A stretch of 64,000 bases of DNA. Origin: a virus (taxonomy: Duplodnaviria > Caudoviricetes). The position numbers and the translations under genes are program-made. Where the stretch lies: IMG/VR virus record IMGVR_UViG_3300011862_000001, positions 172,910 through 236,909 of that record; one strand, written 5' to 3'. Of the stretch, positions 28,232 to 38,867 are shown in pieces (within the stretch, counting starts at the first letter, position 1; each line of letters opens with the position of its first letter). The notes below the pieces were generated by a model. That model was not told the DNA's origin. It did no database searches and was given only the letters and a program-made list of their open reading frames with translations.

Positions 28232-28268
28232 AAATAAAAACGGATACCGCCCCCCGAAAGGGGCGGTA
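28232..28268 (-). terminator. Terminator/attenuator between fibre genes
   Basis: Minus strand TACCGCCCC-TTTCGG-GGGGCGGTA, then TCCGTTTTTATTT. Confidence 0.7.
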
Positions 28269-28299
28269 ACTTACGGACGCACGCCCGTAAGCGTGTCGT

Positions 28300-31200
28300 C
28301 TACACCCAATGACCGAAGTCCGTGCCATCCTGCTGCCGCTCTGCATCCATCTGGGCAGTCAGGTATTCCCACACCCGTTGCGTCATGTGAAAATCGCTAT
28401 TACGCGGTAGAATATACCGCAATCCAGCGAATCGTAATGTTGCAGGCGTATTGTGGGTAAAGCTTTCGCTAACACCACCATTGTAGTTAAACGTTACCGT
28501 GTATTCACACACCAACGGTCCCCGTATTCCCAGCGGTCTCGGCAAGAAGTACAAATAGGCATTGAGTACGGAACGCGCGGCCACGCCCGATACGGACATG
28601 TTTATCGTCTGTACGGTGGTAGGATCAGCAGTCACCGACAACCCATCGCCATACGCACCCGAACCCAGGAACACATCGTGGTTACAACGCACATCGAGGG
28701 TGATTGACGTTACCGGTGTGTTTTTAGTGGATTGAAGCTTCAAAGCAAGCGGCGTATTAAGAATAGCCATAGTGCCTGAACCATCAACAGACGCCCGCCA
28801 GTCGGTTGGTGACACATTGTCTAGCCCCGGCGAACCCACATTGATGGCTTGCTCCCAAAACATCGTCGGTAACTGCCCAACGTGGGAGATTTCCACTGAC
28901 CCTTCCTCACACGGCAGAGAAATAAACTCGGTCGTATTCGGCTGCAATGTAGATGACCCATACGCTGTGCGTGGCATTAATGGCGTAGCCCAACGATTCA
29001 CCGCGTTATCCACGTACGACTCAAACAACGACCGGAAATAATGGTATTTGTTTGCGTCGAAACCACTCGCAGAAATGTCCATCAACGTCGGGAGCATTTT
29101 TATCTGCGTGTACGGCGTGTTAGCCGGAATCACCAACCCAACAAAGCCACCCATAAACAGACTGGCGTCAAAGTTGAACTGGTATTCTAACTCCGTGAGC
29201 TTAATCACATCTGCCACACCGTCGTAGTACAACTTAAACACCCGCAGTACGCGTGTCTTCAGATTGTAACGATAACGGATGTGTTGACGCGGCATGCTGT
29301 TTTTCAAGGTCGGGTAGTCAAGCGCTGATGCATCCGTGATATCCGCCTGACGGACCACCGTTTTCGTGTACGAAGGGGTAACCCCTGCAAACGTCGGTAG
29401 TGTCTTTTGATAAAACGTCTGGACCGCAATCCCTTTCGCAAACCCAATCTCGACACTGTCGTCGGCTTTCAGTTTCAGGTATTTCAACCGATAGTAAGAC
29501 GATGACGCACCCGTACGTGGGGCGACAAACAACAGTTCCGGTTGGGAAGGTAGATTGGGGTACGGCAGCTGATGCTCTGCCAGCAAACTCCCTTCAAACG
29601 TCGGGTTGCCGTTCTCCTTGGGGTTATACGGCGTACGCCAAAAGGCAGGCGACTGGTTATCGACTGCGTACAGCGCGATAAGCGGGTTGGTGTCCTGGCG
29701 AGAGAGATTCGCGTACCAACGATTAGGGTTAATCTCCGTATCGCGGTCCGAATAGACAGCCAGTTGTACCGCCAGTTGAAGTTTACCCAACGGAAGCATA
29801 CTCGAGTTATCCGAGAAGCGCCAATCACCCCGTAGCGGGATATGCGCGTCTTTACGCACGATATGCGTGGCTAACTCTTTGCTGCTACCAAAGTCGGTCA
29901 TCTTCTCAAAGCTGACACTGCTGCCCACTAACCCACCTACCGGCACATCGATGTAACCGATGAAGGCGCGTTCGATGTCAATCCCTTCGGAGAGAATCGG
30001 TTCAGCACGACTGAACAGTGACCCGGTTGCCATATTCAGATACAGGTAATGACGCATCCCTTCTGGGTTGGTCACAAAATCCTGAAGCTGGGTAATCGGG
30101 TTACCGACCTCACTACGCGCGACCGGAGCATTACCATCAAAGATTTCATAGGTAATTCCCGCAGCCCGCGAGGTGTTGTTACAGTTCGACAGAATACCAA
30201 TGCAATGGGTGTCTTGCGTTGGGTCGACATCCGCTTCCACGTACAACGGTGCCGCACCGGCAATCAGTTGTGCCCCATCGAGATACACCGTAACCGGTCC
30301 ACCGCCACTGACGTACATCTTAAGCTTACCGCTACAAATCCGCACTCGGGTTTTGGTAATCATCGGCACCCCAGCGGTGGTACCGCGGGCGGCTGCTGTT
30401 ACCGACAGCACCTGAGGTTGGAGCGTCAACGGCGGCGGCGGCGTTATGCCATTCATTGAGGTTGCCAGCCCACTGCTTTGTACGCCCGCCGGCCAGGTGT
30501 TCTCCAGCACGTTGTTCGGACTAAACCAGTTGAACATCGGGGTGGTTTGCAAATCGATAGTTCCGTTCGCTACCCCTTCACCACGTTCACCATTCAGCAA
30601 ATAGAAGTAACGCAGGTCTTTAACCGTCAGCCCTTTTTTGGTGGCGGTTATCGTCCAGGTCGAATCGTCAATCGCTGAGAAATCGGTGGTTTGCCCTGGG
30701 CGGTTATTCATCGTCGCCGTAGCGATAATGTCTAACCGGTCAGACAACTGTTTTAACAGATTCGGCGTAACGGCTTTTGCCCCACCGACACCATCGACCG
30801 TGTTGGTGAAACGCGCGGCACCGTACGTGCTGCTGGTTGCAGGCACAAAGTCAAGCTCTGACCAATCGTGCTTGTGACCTTTGAGACTTAACGCATCCAG
30901 TTCAAACTGCTGGGCGACTGAAATCGGTTTATCGACATCACGGGTGTTATCGACGTTACCGAGTTGCAGGTCAGCTTTGGTCATCGTACGCTGCCCATCG
31001 TCCATGGCTTTGGAGTTCAGCATGGAGGATTTGGCGACGTACGTCCCGGTCTTCCCTTCGTACGGCGTTAACGAGTCCGGTGTGGCTGCTACCCCACTGG
31101 TTTCGGTCCCCGGCCCTGATTTCAAGCGAGCCACCCCTTTGGTGGTGGTAGTGGCAGTCGGGGGCGTTAAGGTGCCTTTAATCGGGTCGGCTTTGGAGCC

Positions 31201-32358
31201 TTTACCGGTAAACGCTAAACCATTACGGCCTTCTATCCACAGCTTGTTATCATCAGGGTCAGTGTTGTCCGCGTTGCCTTGGCTTTGGTAAGCACGCAGC
31301 GTGGTGGTGGTCAACAGCACAACGCCGTTAAGCATCAGCTTGTCCATCCCCAGCGCATTACCGGATGACTCAATACGCAGGGTATTGACACCGGACTTCC
31401 ACTCCATAAAGCGCAGCGTCGGGTCATCAGGAAGGTAGCCTGCGGCGAGGACAATCGAGCCGTTAGACTTAAGCGTAAAGGCCGTATCACTGAAGGTGAT
31501 TTCTGAGGTACCACCGGCAGATTTAAACAACTGACGGTTAGGAGCCAGTTGCTGGACAAACACCCCATCGACGTTTTTGCACGCCCATTTCTCGACGTAC
31601 TTATCGATATCCGATTGCTGTAAGCCGAGAGCCCGAATCTCTGCGGTTAACTGGCGCAGTGTTTTACCGAAGGCCAAAAAGGTATCCGGGGTTTTCAGGT
31701 TAACGGGATGTGCCCCAGATTGAGCAAGGGTGATGCCGTGTGCTTTGTGGTCAGCAATGTGCGCTGGGTAGTTAAACGCCGTCACCTCAGCTTGAAGCGC
31801 GGTCACCGTGAGACGCAGGCTTTCCAGCTTGGCTTTCAATACGTCATTGGCATTACCTGACGCCAGTTCAATATCGGCTACCGCAGAAGCGAGGTATTTT
31901 TTGTTGAGCAAATCCGCCCAAGAGGTTGCCGAGGGCATGGTCGGATAAAGCGTCGGTCGGTTTTCGGTATTGAGCCAATCGCCTTCTTCCGGGTTATTCA
32001 GGTACTTTACCAACTCATCGAGAATATCGACAAACGGAGAGTAGAAACTGTCACCGAGCACTTGGCCTTTAAAGGTTAAGGTGCCGGAAACTAACGGGTT
32101 GGTTAACTCAATCCCACAGAACACCGGGGATGCCACACTGTCATCTAACTCAGCGAGTTGATAGACCAGTTCATAATCCACACCCCGCACAAGCGGGGTG
32201 GTGCTGCCTGCTACCGTAACAACCAGACTGGTGCCGAAAAAGGGGCGGTGCTTTAGCACCACCACTCGGTCAGCTTGGTTATCAGCGCTCACGATGCGAT
32301 CTTCAGTAAACGCGTTAGCAGGATTGGTACCCTTCCAATCGTAAGGATACGTTCCCAT
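28300..32358 (-). CDS. Giant tail fibre protein (1352 aa)
   Basis: PFF..LVRGVDY; ATTTTKGVARL, LGNVDNT.D.DKPIS, GHKHD. Confidence 0.75.
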   Translation of the reverse strand: MGTYPYDWKGTNPANAFTEDRIVSADNQADRVVVLKHRPFFGTSLVVTVAGSTTPLVRGVDYELVYQLAELDDSVASPVFCGIELTNPLVSGTLTFKGQVLGDSFYSPFVDILDELVKYLNNPEEGDWLNTENRPTLYPTMPSATSWADLLNKKYLASAVADIELASGNANDVLKAKLESLRLTVTALQAEVTAFNYPAHIADHKAHGITLAQSGAHPVNLKTPDTFLAFGKTLRQLTAEIRALGLQQSDIDKYVEKWACKNVDGVFVQQLAPNRQLFKSAGGTSEITFSDTAFTLKSNGSIVLAAGYLPDDPTLRFMEWKSGVNTLRIESSGNALGMDKLMLNGVVLLTTTTLRAYQSQGNADNTDPDDNKLWIEGRNGLAFTGKGSKADPIKGTLTPPTATTTTKGVARLKSGPGTETSGVAATPDSLTPYEGKTGTYVAKSSMLNSKAMDDGQRTMTKADLQLGNVDNTRDVDKPISVAQQFELDALSLKGHKHDWSELDFVPATSSTYGAARFTNTVDGVGGAKAVTPNLLKQLSDRLDIIATATMNNRPGQTTDFSAIDDSTWTITATKKGLTVKDLRYFYLLNGERGEGVANGTIDLQTTPMFNWFSPNNVLENTWPAGVQSSGLATSMNGITPPPPLTLQPQVLSVTAAARGTTAGVPMITKTRVRICSGKLKMYVSGGGPVTVYLDGAQLIAGAAPLYVEADVDPTQDTHCIGILSNCNNTSRAAGITYEIFDGNAPVARSEVGNPITQLQDFVTNPEGMRHYLYLNMATGSLFSRAEPILSEGIDIERAFIGYIDVPVGGLVGSSVSFEKMTDFGSSKELATHIVRKDAHIPLRGDWRFSDNSSMLPLGKLQLAVQLAVYSDRDTEINPNRWYANLSRQDTNPLIALYAVDNQSPAFWRTPYNPKENGNPTFEGSLLAEHQLPYPNLPSQPELLFVAPRTGASSSYYRLKYLKLKADDSVEIGFAKGIAVQTFYQKTLPTFAGVTPSYTKTVVRQADITDASALDYPTLKNSMPRQHIRYRYNLKTRVLRVFKLYYDGVADVIKLTELEYQFNFDASLFMGGFVGLVIPANTPYTQIKMLPTLMDISASGFDANKYHYFRSLFESYVDNAVNRWATPLMPRTAYGSSTLQPNTTEFISLPCEEGSVEISHVGQLPTMFWEQAINVGSPGLDNVSPTDWRASVDGSGTMAILNTPLALKLQSTKNTPVTSITLDVRCNHDVFLGSGAYGDGLSVTADPTTVQTINMSVSGVAARSVLNAYLYFLPRPLGIRGPLVCEYTVTFNYNGGVSESFTHNTPATLRFAGLRYILPRNSDFHMTQRVWEYLTAQMDAERQQDGTDFGHWV

Positions 32359-32369
32359 TGTGTCTCTCC

Positions 32370-35300
32370 TTATTCACGAATTATCACCGCCCGGTACGTG
32401 GTACCGGAACGGGTCACTATCGCACGTTCTTTATTCAGGTAGTCAGGAATACCAGCAGGGCGTTTGACCGCACTGGCAAAGTCGTCATTGGTCGCTTTAT
32501 CCTGAAGTGCATCCACACTTCTGGCAACCCCCGCGTCACCCATTATCACCCGGAAACGGCGCACATCACTAATGCCATTAAAAAGCGCAATCCCGGTTGC
32601 ATAACGCGACTGGAACTGACCATCGTTGGCATAGCTCATTTTGACAACCGTGTTGGTCGCCATTATCCCACCCACACCGTGTTGAATCGGCCAGGCAGGG
32701 TCACTTACCACATCACTGATATCGGTTGATGTCAGGGACAGGTAGGTGGTGATGTTCACCGATTGATTAACAGGGCCAGTGACACTGAAGGTAGGCATAC
32801 CGGCTAACTGCAAGGTGAAGTTGTGCACCACATCGCTGCTGCCGATGGTGAGCGTTAACGTGCCAGTCACATACGGCGCACCGTTAGCGTCGCGTGACAT
32901 GGCAAACGACACCCGAGGGTTTAACGCACTCCACGTCCACCCGGTGGTGTACTTGGTGCCATTGATGGCAATAATATATTGCCGTGACGTTCCGTAGTTG
33001 ATAGCGAGCGCGGCGTAGCACAACGACCCATCGCTTGCGGTAATGAAGTTGGTGCGGTTAATCAGCAACGACAAGCGTTGACGACGGCCACTGCGGTCGA
33101 CGAAACTCATCAACACCACTTCCAATACCGAGGCAGCAACCGGGGAGGTTAAGCTGAACTCAACATTAATACCACCGGTGGCGTAGTAGTCACCCATGTT
33201 GAGTAACACTTTGTGCGCCGCCACCGTGCTGCCTTTTTGGGCAAACAGAAAACTGTCGGGGTTATAATCGACATCGGTAATCGGCACAAAGCTCTCGCCT
33301 TTTACCATACGCCAACTGCTATCGCCTCTCACCATGTGACCCGGAAAGCCTCTCCAGTCCGCACCGTTACGTCCGAAGTTGAAACCATACTGGGCTTCTG
33401 TCATCTGACGCGGTGTGTGCGCGTTAACATTCGCGGCGTGTTCTTCTAACTCACGGAACTCACCTAAGCGTGTGACGTTGCGGATAGTGATTTGGTCGAT
33501 ACCGGTTTCCGAGGTGAAAATCTCACCGATTCTGGTTAAGGTATCGGTTTCCCCGAAGGCTGGGTTAGCGTTAAGGACATAACGGGCGGCGTTATCAATC
33601 AAATCCACAAACACGCCAATCACCGTGTCCTCGTGCTTATCAGGAAACAGTTCTGTCAAGTTAAAGGTAGCAACCGGTACCGTGTAATCCTGACCGAGGA
33701 AATAGTTGTTGGGCTTCACGGTGACCATCCAACCGTTTATCGTGGTCAGATTATCAATCGGGCTACTGCCGGATTGACCGTAGCGAATGATGTTGATAAC
33801 CGCTTCGGCGTCAGAGTGAGCAACCAGCGCTTCCAGTTGGCTGACCGCGTCAAACTGTGGCAGCACGTACTGACCATCAAGTGCTAAGGTAGCATCATCG
33901 ACCGGTCCACCAAACTTCACTAAGCCTGCCTTAGCCGTCGTCGCATTCCCAATGCCGAACGCATCGGCGGTGTGGGTATGGGTGGTTTGGGCGTACTTGC
34001 GAAACTCGGTGTTCTGTAAGCTTGACACCGGCAGATTAAGGTCAGCGATGTTCTCCACGTTCGCGAGGTTAATATCGCTCTTGCCTAAGGTCACAGAAGA
34101 AAGCAGCGGGATACCGTTGATGTACGCTTTGGCCATCTCCAGTTTACCGACAAACGCGTTGGCAAGCTTTTGAATCAGTGCCGGGGTTGCCGCTAAGCTT
34201 TCGGAGTTACCGAAATCGTTGGTCAGTTGACGATACGCGTTGGTGGATAAGTCGCTGTCGTCTGGCGGCACGTAGGTGCAGATAAACGGCATGGTTTGAA
34301 TACCACTGCCCACTATCGTGACGCTGTTGCTGTTGACCCCGTAGAACACCCCTGAACCCCCGCCTTCGTTACCCGGGATATACGGGCCTACGGTCGTTGG
34401 GTCAAGCAGCTTCTTACCGTTCCACTGAAAGCCCCGGTTATCGGGATAGAGGACAAGGCTGTTGTTACCCCCTTTAAAGGTAATCGGATTGGTACCAGCA
34501 TTGATAGTAGTGGAGTCACGACTTAACAGACGAATGACTTTGTCATCAACCTGAAGGCTACTGCCTACCCCATCGCTTTCATTGCCTTTGGCAGACGTCA
34601 CAGACGCCAAGCCCGGGATCATGGTGAAGGTACCGGTGATAGTACGCGGTGCTGCACCCACGCGTTGCATCTTATCGCTAAAGTCGCTGGCTTTGGCACT
34701 GCGCTGATTCACGTAGTCGGTCAGGTTCGCTTGGTTGCGACCGGAGACAAGTGTCGTGTCATCGGCAATACCGTTTAGCTCAACGGTGCGCATCCGCCCG
34801 TAGGACGCATCCTGGTGGGGGTTGGCAGTATCGGCAACATGAGGATGGGCCGGCGCATCACGGTAGATTTTATCGACGATGGCGTGGTATTGCTTTAATA
34901 AGGTAAGCACATCGGAGTTGTCACCGTTGGGGGTGGCAAGCTTAGCCCCGAGGTCGGCAATGGCTTGCATCAGCTCACGTTCAGCTTTCCACTGGTCCCA
35001 GTCAAACTGGATATCCACCGGCGGGAAGTAGAGTTCACCGATGACTTGTTCCCACTGACACTTCGAGGGGAACACATCGCTGTTAGCCGCCCGTTCTGCA
35101 CTAATCTGCGCGGGGGTTGCTTTGCCAATACCGAGTGCATGATAGCTCAGGGTAAAGCCTGAGGTATATGCCGGGTTCACCACCAACACCATACCGTGTG
35201 CCGAACGCCCGGTTCGGGACATTGCAGTCATGTACGGATGGGTTATCAGGTAGTCGTTACCCAGTTTTAATTCAGTTGTGCCGCTTTTCACCACCAGAGT

Positions 35301-35423
35301 GTGGGAGTAAAAAGGGCCTTGAGCCGGGACCAGCATACGGTATTTTGTACCGGTAACCGTCGCCGTCTCATTGAGGATTTTATTCCCCGGTTCGTTCTGA
35401 TGTGGGTCAAAGACGACTGCCAT
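32370..35423 (-). CDS. Giant tail fibre protein (1017 aa)
   Basis: GPFY..LGNDY; LANVEN..D..LPVS, THTHT, ATTAKAGLVKF. Confidence 0.75.
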   Translation of the reverse strand: MAVVFDPHQNEPGNKILNETATVTGTKYRMLVPAQGPFYSHTLVVKSGTTELKLGNDYLITHPYMTAMSRTGRSAHGMVLVVNPAYTSGFTLSYHALGIGKATPAQISAERAANSDVFPSKCQWEQVIGELYFPPVDIQFDWDQWKAERELMQAIADLGAKLATPNGDNSDVLTLLKQYHAIVDKIYRDAPAHPHVADTANPHQDASYGRMRTVELNGIADDTTLVSGRNQANLTDYVNQRSAKASDFSDKMQRVGAAPRTITGTFTMIPGLASVTSAKGNESDGVGSSLQVDDKVIRLLSRDSTTINAGTNPITFKGGNNSLVLYPDNRGFQWNGKKLLDPTTVGPYIPGNEGGGSGVFYGVNSNSVTIVGSGIQTMPFICTYVPPDDSDLSTNAYRQLTNDFGNSESLAATPALIQKLANAFVGKLEMAKAYINGIPLLSSVTLGKSDINLANVENIADLNLPVSSLQNTEFRKYAQTTHTHTADAFGIGNATTAKAGLVKFGGPVDDATLALDGQYVLPQFDAVSQLEALVAHSDAEAVINIIRYGQSGSSPIDNLTTINGWMVTVKPNNYFLGQDYTVPVATFNLTELFPDKHEDTVIGVFVDLIDNAARYVLNANPAFGETDTLTRIGEIFTSETGIDQITIRNVTRLGEFRELEEHAANVNAHTPRQMTEAQYGFNFGRNGADWRGFPGHMVRGDSSWRMVKGESFVPITDVDYNPDSFLFAQKGSTVAAHKVLLNMGDYYATGGINVEFSLTSPVAASVLEVVLMSFVDRSGRRQRLSLLINRTNFITASDGSLCYAALAINYGTSRQYIIAINGTKYTTGWTWSALNPRVSFAMSRDANGAPYVTGTLTLTIGSSDVVHNFTLQLAGMPTFSVTGPVNQSVNITTYLSLTSTDISDVVSDPAWPIQHGVGGIMATNTVVKMSYANDGQFQSRYATGIALFNGISDVRRFRVIMGDAGVARSVDALQDKATNDDFASAVKRPAGIPDYLNKERAIVTRSGTTYRAVIIRE

Positions 35424-35454
35424 GATATACTCCTTCTGTCTGTGTCGTCGCGTT

Positions 35455-35463
35455 CATACTATG
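35455..35463. promoter_or_regulatory. Candidate back-to-back late promoters (CATA-C-TATG)
   Basis: TATG on both strands in the 65-bp gap between divergent structural genes. Confidence 0.4.
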
Positions 35464-35488
35464 ACCTGAAACCTTAGAGGAACCGCTT

Positions 35489-36745
35489 GTGGACGCTATT
35501 TATCAAGTGCGGGCGGACAGCGCGTATGGCTACTCCCGAGACACCCGGACTTGGGGTCTCCTCGATGTGACACTGCCATTAAAAACGCTGTTTAACCAGT
35601 ACCATCTGTTCGAAGTCGGGCTTGAATCGCTCGGCCAACTCTACACCTTAAACAGCCAATATTTTCAGGCCAGTTTACAAAACCGCAATGAGACATTACA
35701 AAGCTGGCTTAACAGCAAAGCCGGTGTCGCCTTAGCGGAGTTAAAGCCCGGCTTACCCACGCTTGAGTACAGCTACGCGCACTACCAGTCGCTCAATGCC
35801 AATATTGGACCCGAGGCGTACGTGTGCCCGCCGAACTATCACTACACCCAGGACTTCGCATTAGAAGACGCCCACGACGTGGTGGTGTTAGACTCAGGCA
35901 TTGGCGATACGCTGCGTAACAACGTGCTGTTTTGCAACAACGGTCAATGGGTAGCCCACCAGTCTGACCCGGCTGGGGTGCGCTTATTAGGCGCAGGCAA
36001 TATCACCCGTCGCCGTGGCTATCTGGATATCGGCTGTCTGGTATTTAACGACATCGGTAGTGTCGCGACTTTCCCGATTAAAGACCTGACGCTTAGCAAG
36101 CTTGACACCAGCCGTGATTTCTACTCGACGTTGATGCTCACCTTGCCGGTCAGTATCACCGGGAAAACGGTGGCGTACGTGATTGGCGGGATACTGCACT
36201 GGTTACGTCCAGAAGGTTATTTCAGTGACCGGGCGATTATGTTAAGCCTGCCGAACTTCAACGTGACGAAAACTGTCCTGGAAACCCGTGCCTATTACGA
36301 CTGGGATGCCATTGGGGTCGGCGACTTGCATACGCCAACAGCGGTGGCGAAGCTTCGTAACTCAGAAACGTTTAAAGCGATGCTGCTGCACGAGTCTTCC
36401 TTTATCGTGGTGATTGATAACCCGTATGTCGAGTTTGAGCACGTTGGGTTAAACCACGGTGCCTCGTACGGACGCTTTCATCTGCGTGACCCACGCGACC
36501 CCAGCGGCGAGAAACCCTTAGGCCCGCTGTTTAACGAGTTTGGTAAGTGCATCAGTTACTGGCCGACCTGGGAAGAAGGGGAGTGGACGTTCCACACCGA
36601 TGAGATTACCCGACAGAAGTTTCTCTTTAGTAACGCCAAGTGGCAACAGCAAACACTGGTGAGTGACGCTCTCGATTACGCTGGCGCGTCGCCTTATCGG
36701 ATGATTAACGCTGAGATGGTGCGTATCAAAGGGCGAAAAAAATAA
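35489..36745 (+). CDS. Probable virion structural/baseplate protein
   Basis: 418 aa ORF, GTG start, GAGG RBS; lies between fibre and spike genes. Confidence 0.6.
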   Translation: MDAIYQVRADSAYGYSRDTRTWGLLDVTLPLKTLFNQYHLFEVGLESLGQLYTLNSQYFQASLQNRNETLQSWLNSKAGVALAELKPGLPTLEYSYAHYQSLNANIGPEAYVCPPNYHYTQDFALEDAHDVVVLDSGIGDTLRNNVLFCNNGQWVAHQSDPAGVRLLGAGNITRRRGYLDIGCLVFNDIGSVATFPIKDLTLSKLDTSRDFYSTLMLTLPVSITGKTVAYVIGGILHWLRPEGYFSDRAIMLSLPNFNVTKTVLETRAYYDWDAIGVGDLHTPTAVAKLRNSETFKAMLLHESSFIVVIDNPYVEFEHVGLNHGASYGRFHLRDPRDPSGEKPLGPLFNEFGKCISYWPTWEEGEWTFHTDEITRQKFLFSNAKWQQQTLVSDALDYAGASPYRMINAEMVRIKGRKK

Positions 36746-36791
36746 GGTTTACCTACTCCCCAATCGGGGAGTAGGGCCTTACCTTTTTTTT
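36736..36791. terminator. Bidirectional terminator
   Basis: A run, CCTACTCCCC-AATC-GGGGAGTAGG, T run. Confidence 0.8.
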
Positions 36792-36945
36792 GCAACGTTA
36801 ATTTAAACCAGACGGTCTGTTGCAAGGGTAATGCTTCCAAACTTTTTTTGCGAGAAAAAGTGGCTGATGCTTGCGCACGACAGTTAAAGTTTTGTCGAGT
36901 ATCGACATCAGTGACTCGAGGTCATATAAGGGGAACATCCTGTTT

Positions 36946-37893
36946 TTAGTGCGGAGGCGAGACATCGTTATAGTCACCCTGCTCTTTGTGAAGGTGCAAG
37001 CTGAACGTGATGCCTTTGATAATCGCTTCGGATACGGTAAACGTGCCTTTCCCTTCCCCGACACCCATATACGCGAAGTCTTTTCCGACGGTGAAGTTGC
37101 CGGTGTATAAGGACTTCGGTGAATCGGTAAGCCAGTCTGCGGTTTTGTATTTGACACTGGAGTCCGCTTGCACATCAAAAGTATCACACTTGCCTTTGAA
37201 GTGTTGGGTCTCAAAGTTAATCGAACGGGTCGAAAACAAGAAGATGTCTTCTTTATTCATGTTAATCTTTGAGAGCATCGCATTTTCAAAACCGAGGTCG
37301 TACTCAGTCGAGTTCATCCAGAACATATTCCCGAGGTGGTCCCGACAGACCCAGGTGCCGTCACGGGTATTGAACTGGTGAATGTACGCTGCCTTCTCCC
37401 CGTTGCGCATCGAGGTACGCAAGGTAACGTGGCCATCGAGCGGTGAGTAGTTAACCACGTAGGCGTTAGACAAGTCATCGGCCATCTGATTGTGGGGATC
37501 GGCTGAGAAGGCAAAGATAGCGTCTTCCAGGCGCTTAACGTTGGCGGTGTTCAGGTCTACCCAGAAATAGATGTCGGTGTTGCCTAAGCGGTAGATAATC
37601 ACCTGGTCTTCTTTCTTCACGTTCGGTGAGTTTACCCGGTTGGAGTTGAACTTCCACCACTTAGCAGTAATGCTATTGCCTTCTTTGACAGTGAGGTTGT
37701 CCTGCGAGTTTCCGGTCGCATGGTTCACTTCAGTGTCTCGTTCCTGCACCGCCACTTTGGTCGGTTGCATAAAGCTTACTTCAATAGGAATGATTTTCAC
37801 CCGATCGGTATTGCGTGCTTTATCCTCGGCCACAATACCCAGCGAGTAGAAATGCACTTGTGACTTTTCCACGTTGCCCTCCTCAGTTGTCAT
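36946..37893 (-). CDS. Baseplate central spike protein (gpV/gp138-like)
   Basis: OB-fold-like N-terminus, beta-rich repeats, C-terminal HLH metal-binding apex (FSLHLHKEQGD...SPPH). Confidence 0.7.
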   Translation of the reverse strand: MTTEEGNVEKSQVHFYSLGIVAEDKARNTDRVKIIPIEVSFMQPTKVAVQERDTEVNHATGNSQDNLTVKEGNSITAKWWKFNSNRVNSPNVKKEDQVIIYRLGNTDIYFWVDLNTANVKRLEDAIFAFSADPHNQMADDLSNAYVVNYSPLDGHVTLRTSMRNGEKAAYIHQFNTRDGTWVCRDHLGNMFWMNSTEYDLGFENAMLSKINMNKEDIFLFSTRSINFETQHFKGKCDTFDVQADSSVKYKTADWLTDSPKSLYTGNFTVGKDFAYMGVGEGKGTFTVSEAIIKGITFSLHLHKEQGDYNDVSPPH

Positions 37894-38057
37894 ATTACTT
37901 CTTTTTTACGGATCGATCCTATCCTTTTGCTTGAAGGGAACTTCAGGGGGTAGGGGGATCTGTGTACGCTGTGAGCGGATCAGCGGAGGAGGAACGGAGT
38001 GACTCCGACATCCTTTATTCTTTTCTCTGTTGACCTAGGTTTTTAACAATAGCCCTT

Positions 38058-38073
38058 AGGACCTTCGGGTCCT
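38058..38073 (+). terminator. UUCG hairpin
   Basis: AGGACC-TTCG-GGTCCT; no immediately adjacent U tract. Confidence 0.45.
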
Positions 38074-38093
38074 CTAGGATTAAATATTTTTTC

Positions 38094-38113
38094 AGATATA
38101 TATTACCTAGGTG
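38094..38113 (+). promoter_or_regulatory. Candidate early phage promoter
   Basis: AGATATATATTACCTAGGTG, near-identical to 40626; TATTAC core as in phiKZ early promoters. Confidence 0.65.
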
Positions 38114-38169
38114 AGATTGCGTTGGTAATCTTTTAACCTCTTACTTTATTGACCATCAAGGAGTAGTAC

Positions 38170-38817
38170 ATGTTACCGATTATTGCAGCAGCACTCGAGA
38201 AAACCATTGCCACCGGCGAAGAAATCTTTCTGGTGAATGCGCTGATTCATGCCGTGGGTGAACAGACCGGCTCTATTGTCTTTACCCAATCTCTGGTCGG
38301 GTTGGACTACGACCCGGTAGACGGTACGGTTGAGGTACCGACGATTTATCCGGGCGGGGCAACCGAATCGTGGGCAACTTTCAAAGCGAACATCATGGAG
38401 ACGATAGAGCATGTGTTAGTGGGTTTGGGGTACGGTGCCGCAGACGTCACCTTCGCGATGGGAGCGACTGACTGCGACGGCAGAACGCCACATGTCTACA
38501 CGCAAGAGGTGGTAAACCCAACCCACTACGGCATTCGTCTCAATATCCAAACCCCGGTGTCGACGCTCGTTGGTTTCCACCTCGACTTGGCGGTACTGGA
38601 AGGGCGTTACGTCTCAGTCGCCGCTGACTTACTGCCGAAGCCAACCGGGTGCACCGAAGATGAACCGGCGGTGTTGATGCGTAAGCACGAGATTGCCGCA
38701 CTGGTCTATCCGGCAGAGGTCGATGTGGATGCGCTGGAATCGGTCTCTATTGCCGCACTGGCCATTGGCTGGTCGGACACGGAAAGCTACAGCAAAACCT
38801 TACTGCTGCTTGCTTAA
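38170..38817 (+). CDS. Hypothetical protein
   Basis: AAGGAG RBS, 215 aa. Confidence 0.75.
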   Translation: MLPIIAAALEKTIATGEEIFLVNALIHAVGEQTGSIVFTQSLVGLDYDPVDGTVEVPTIYPGGATESWATFKANIMETIEHVLVGLGYGAADVTFAMGATDCDGRTPHVYTQEVVNPTHYGIRLNIQTPVSTLVGFHLDLAVLEGRYVSVAADLLPKPTGCTEDEPAVLMRKHEIAALVYPAEVDVDALESVSIAALAIGWSDTESYSKTLLLLA

Positions 38818-38824
38818 ACACAAC

Positions 38825-38852
38825 GGCCCCTAGGTTGGGGCCTTTTTCTTTT
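38825..38852 (+). terminator. Rho-independent terminator
   Basis: GGCCCC-TAGGTT-GGGGCC followed by a T run. Confidence 0.75.
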
Positions 38853-38867
38853 ACTCAGGAACCTGCA

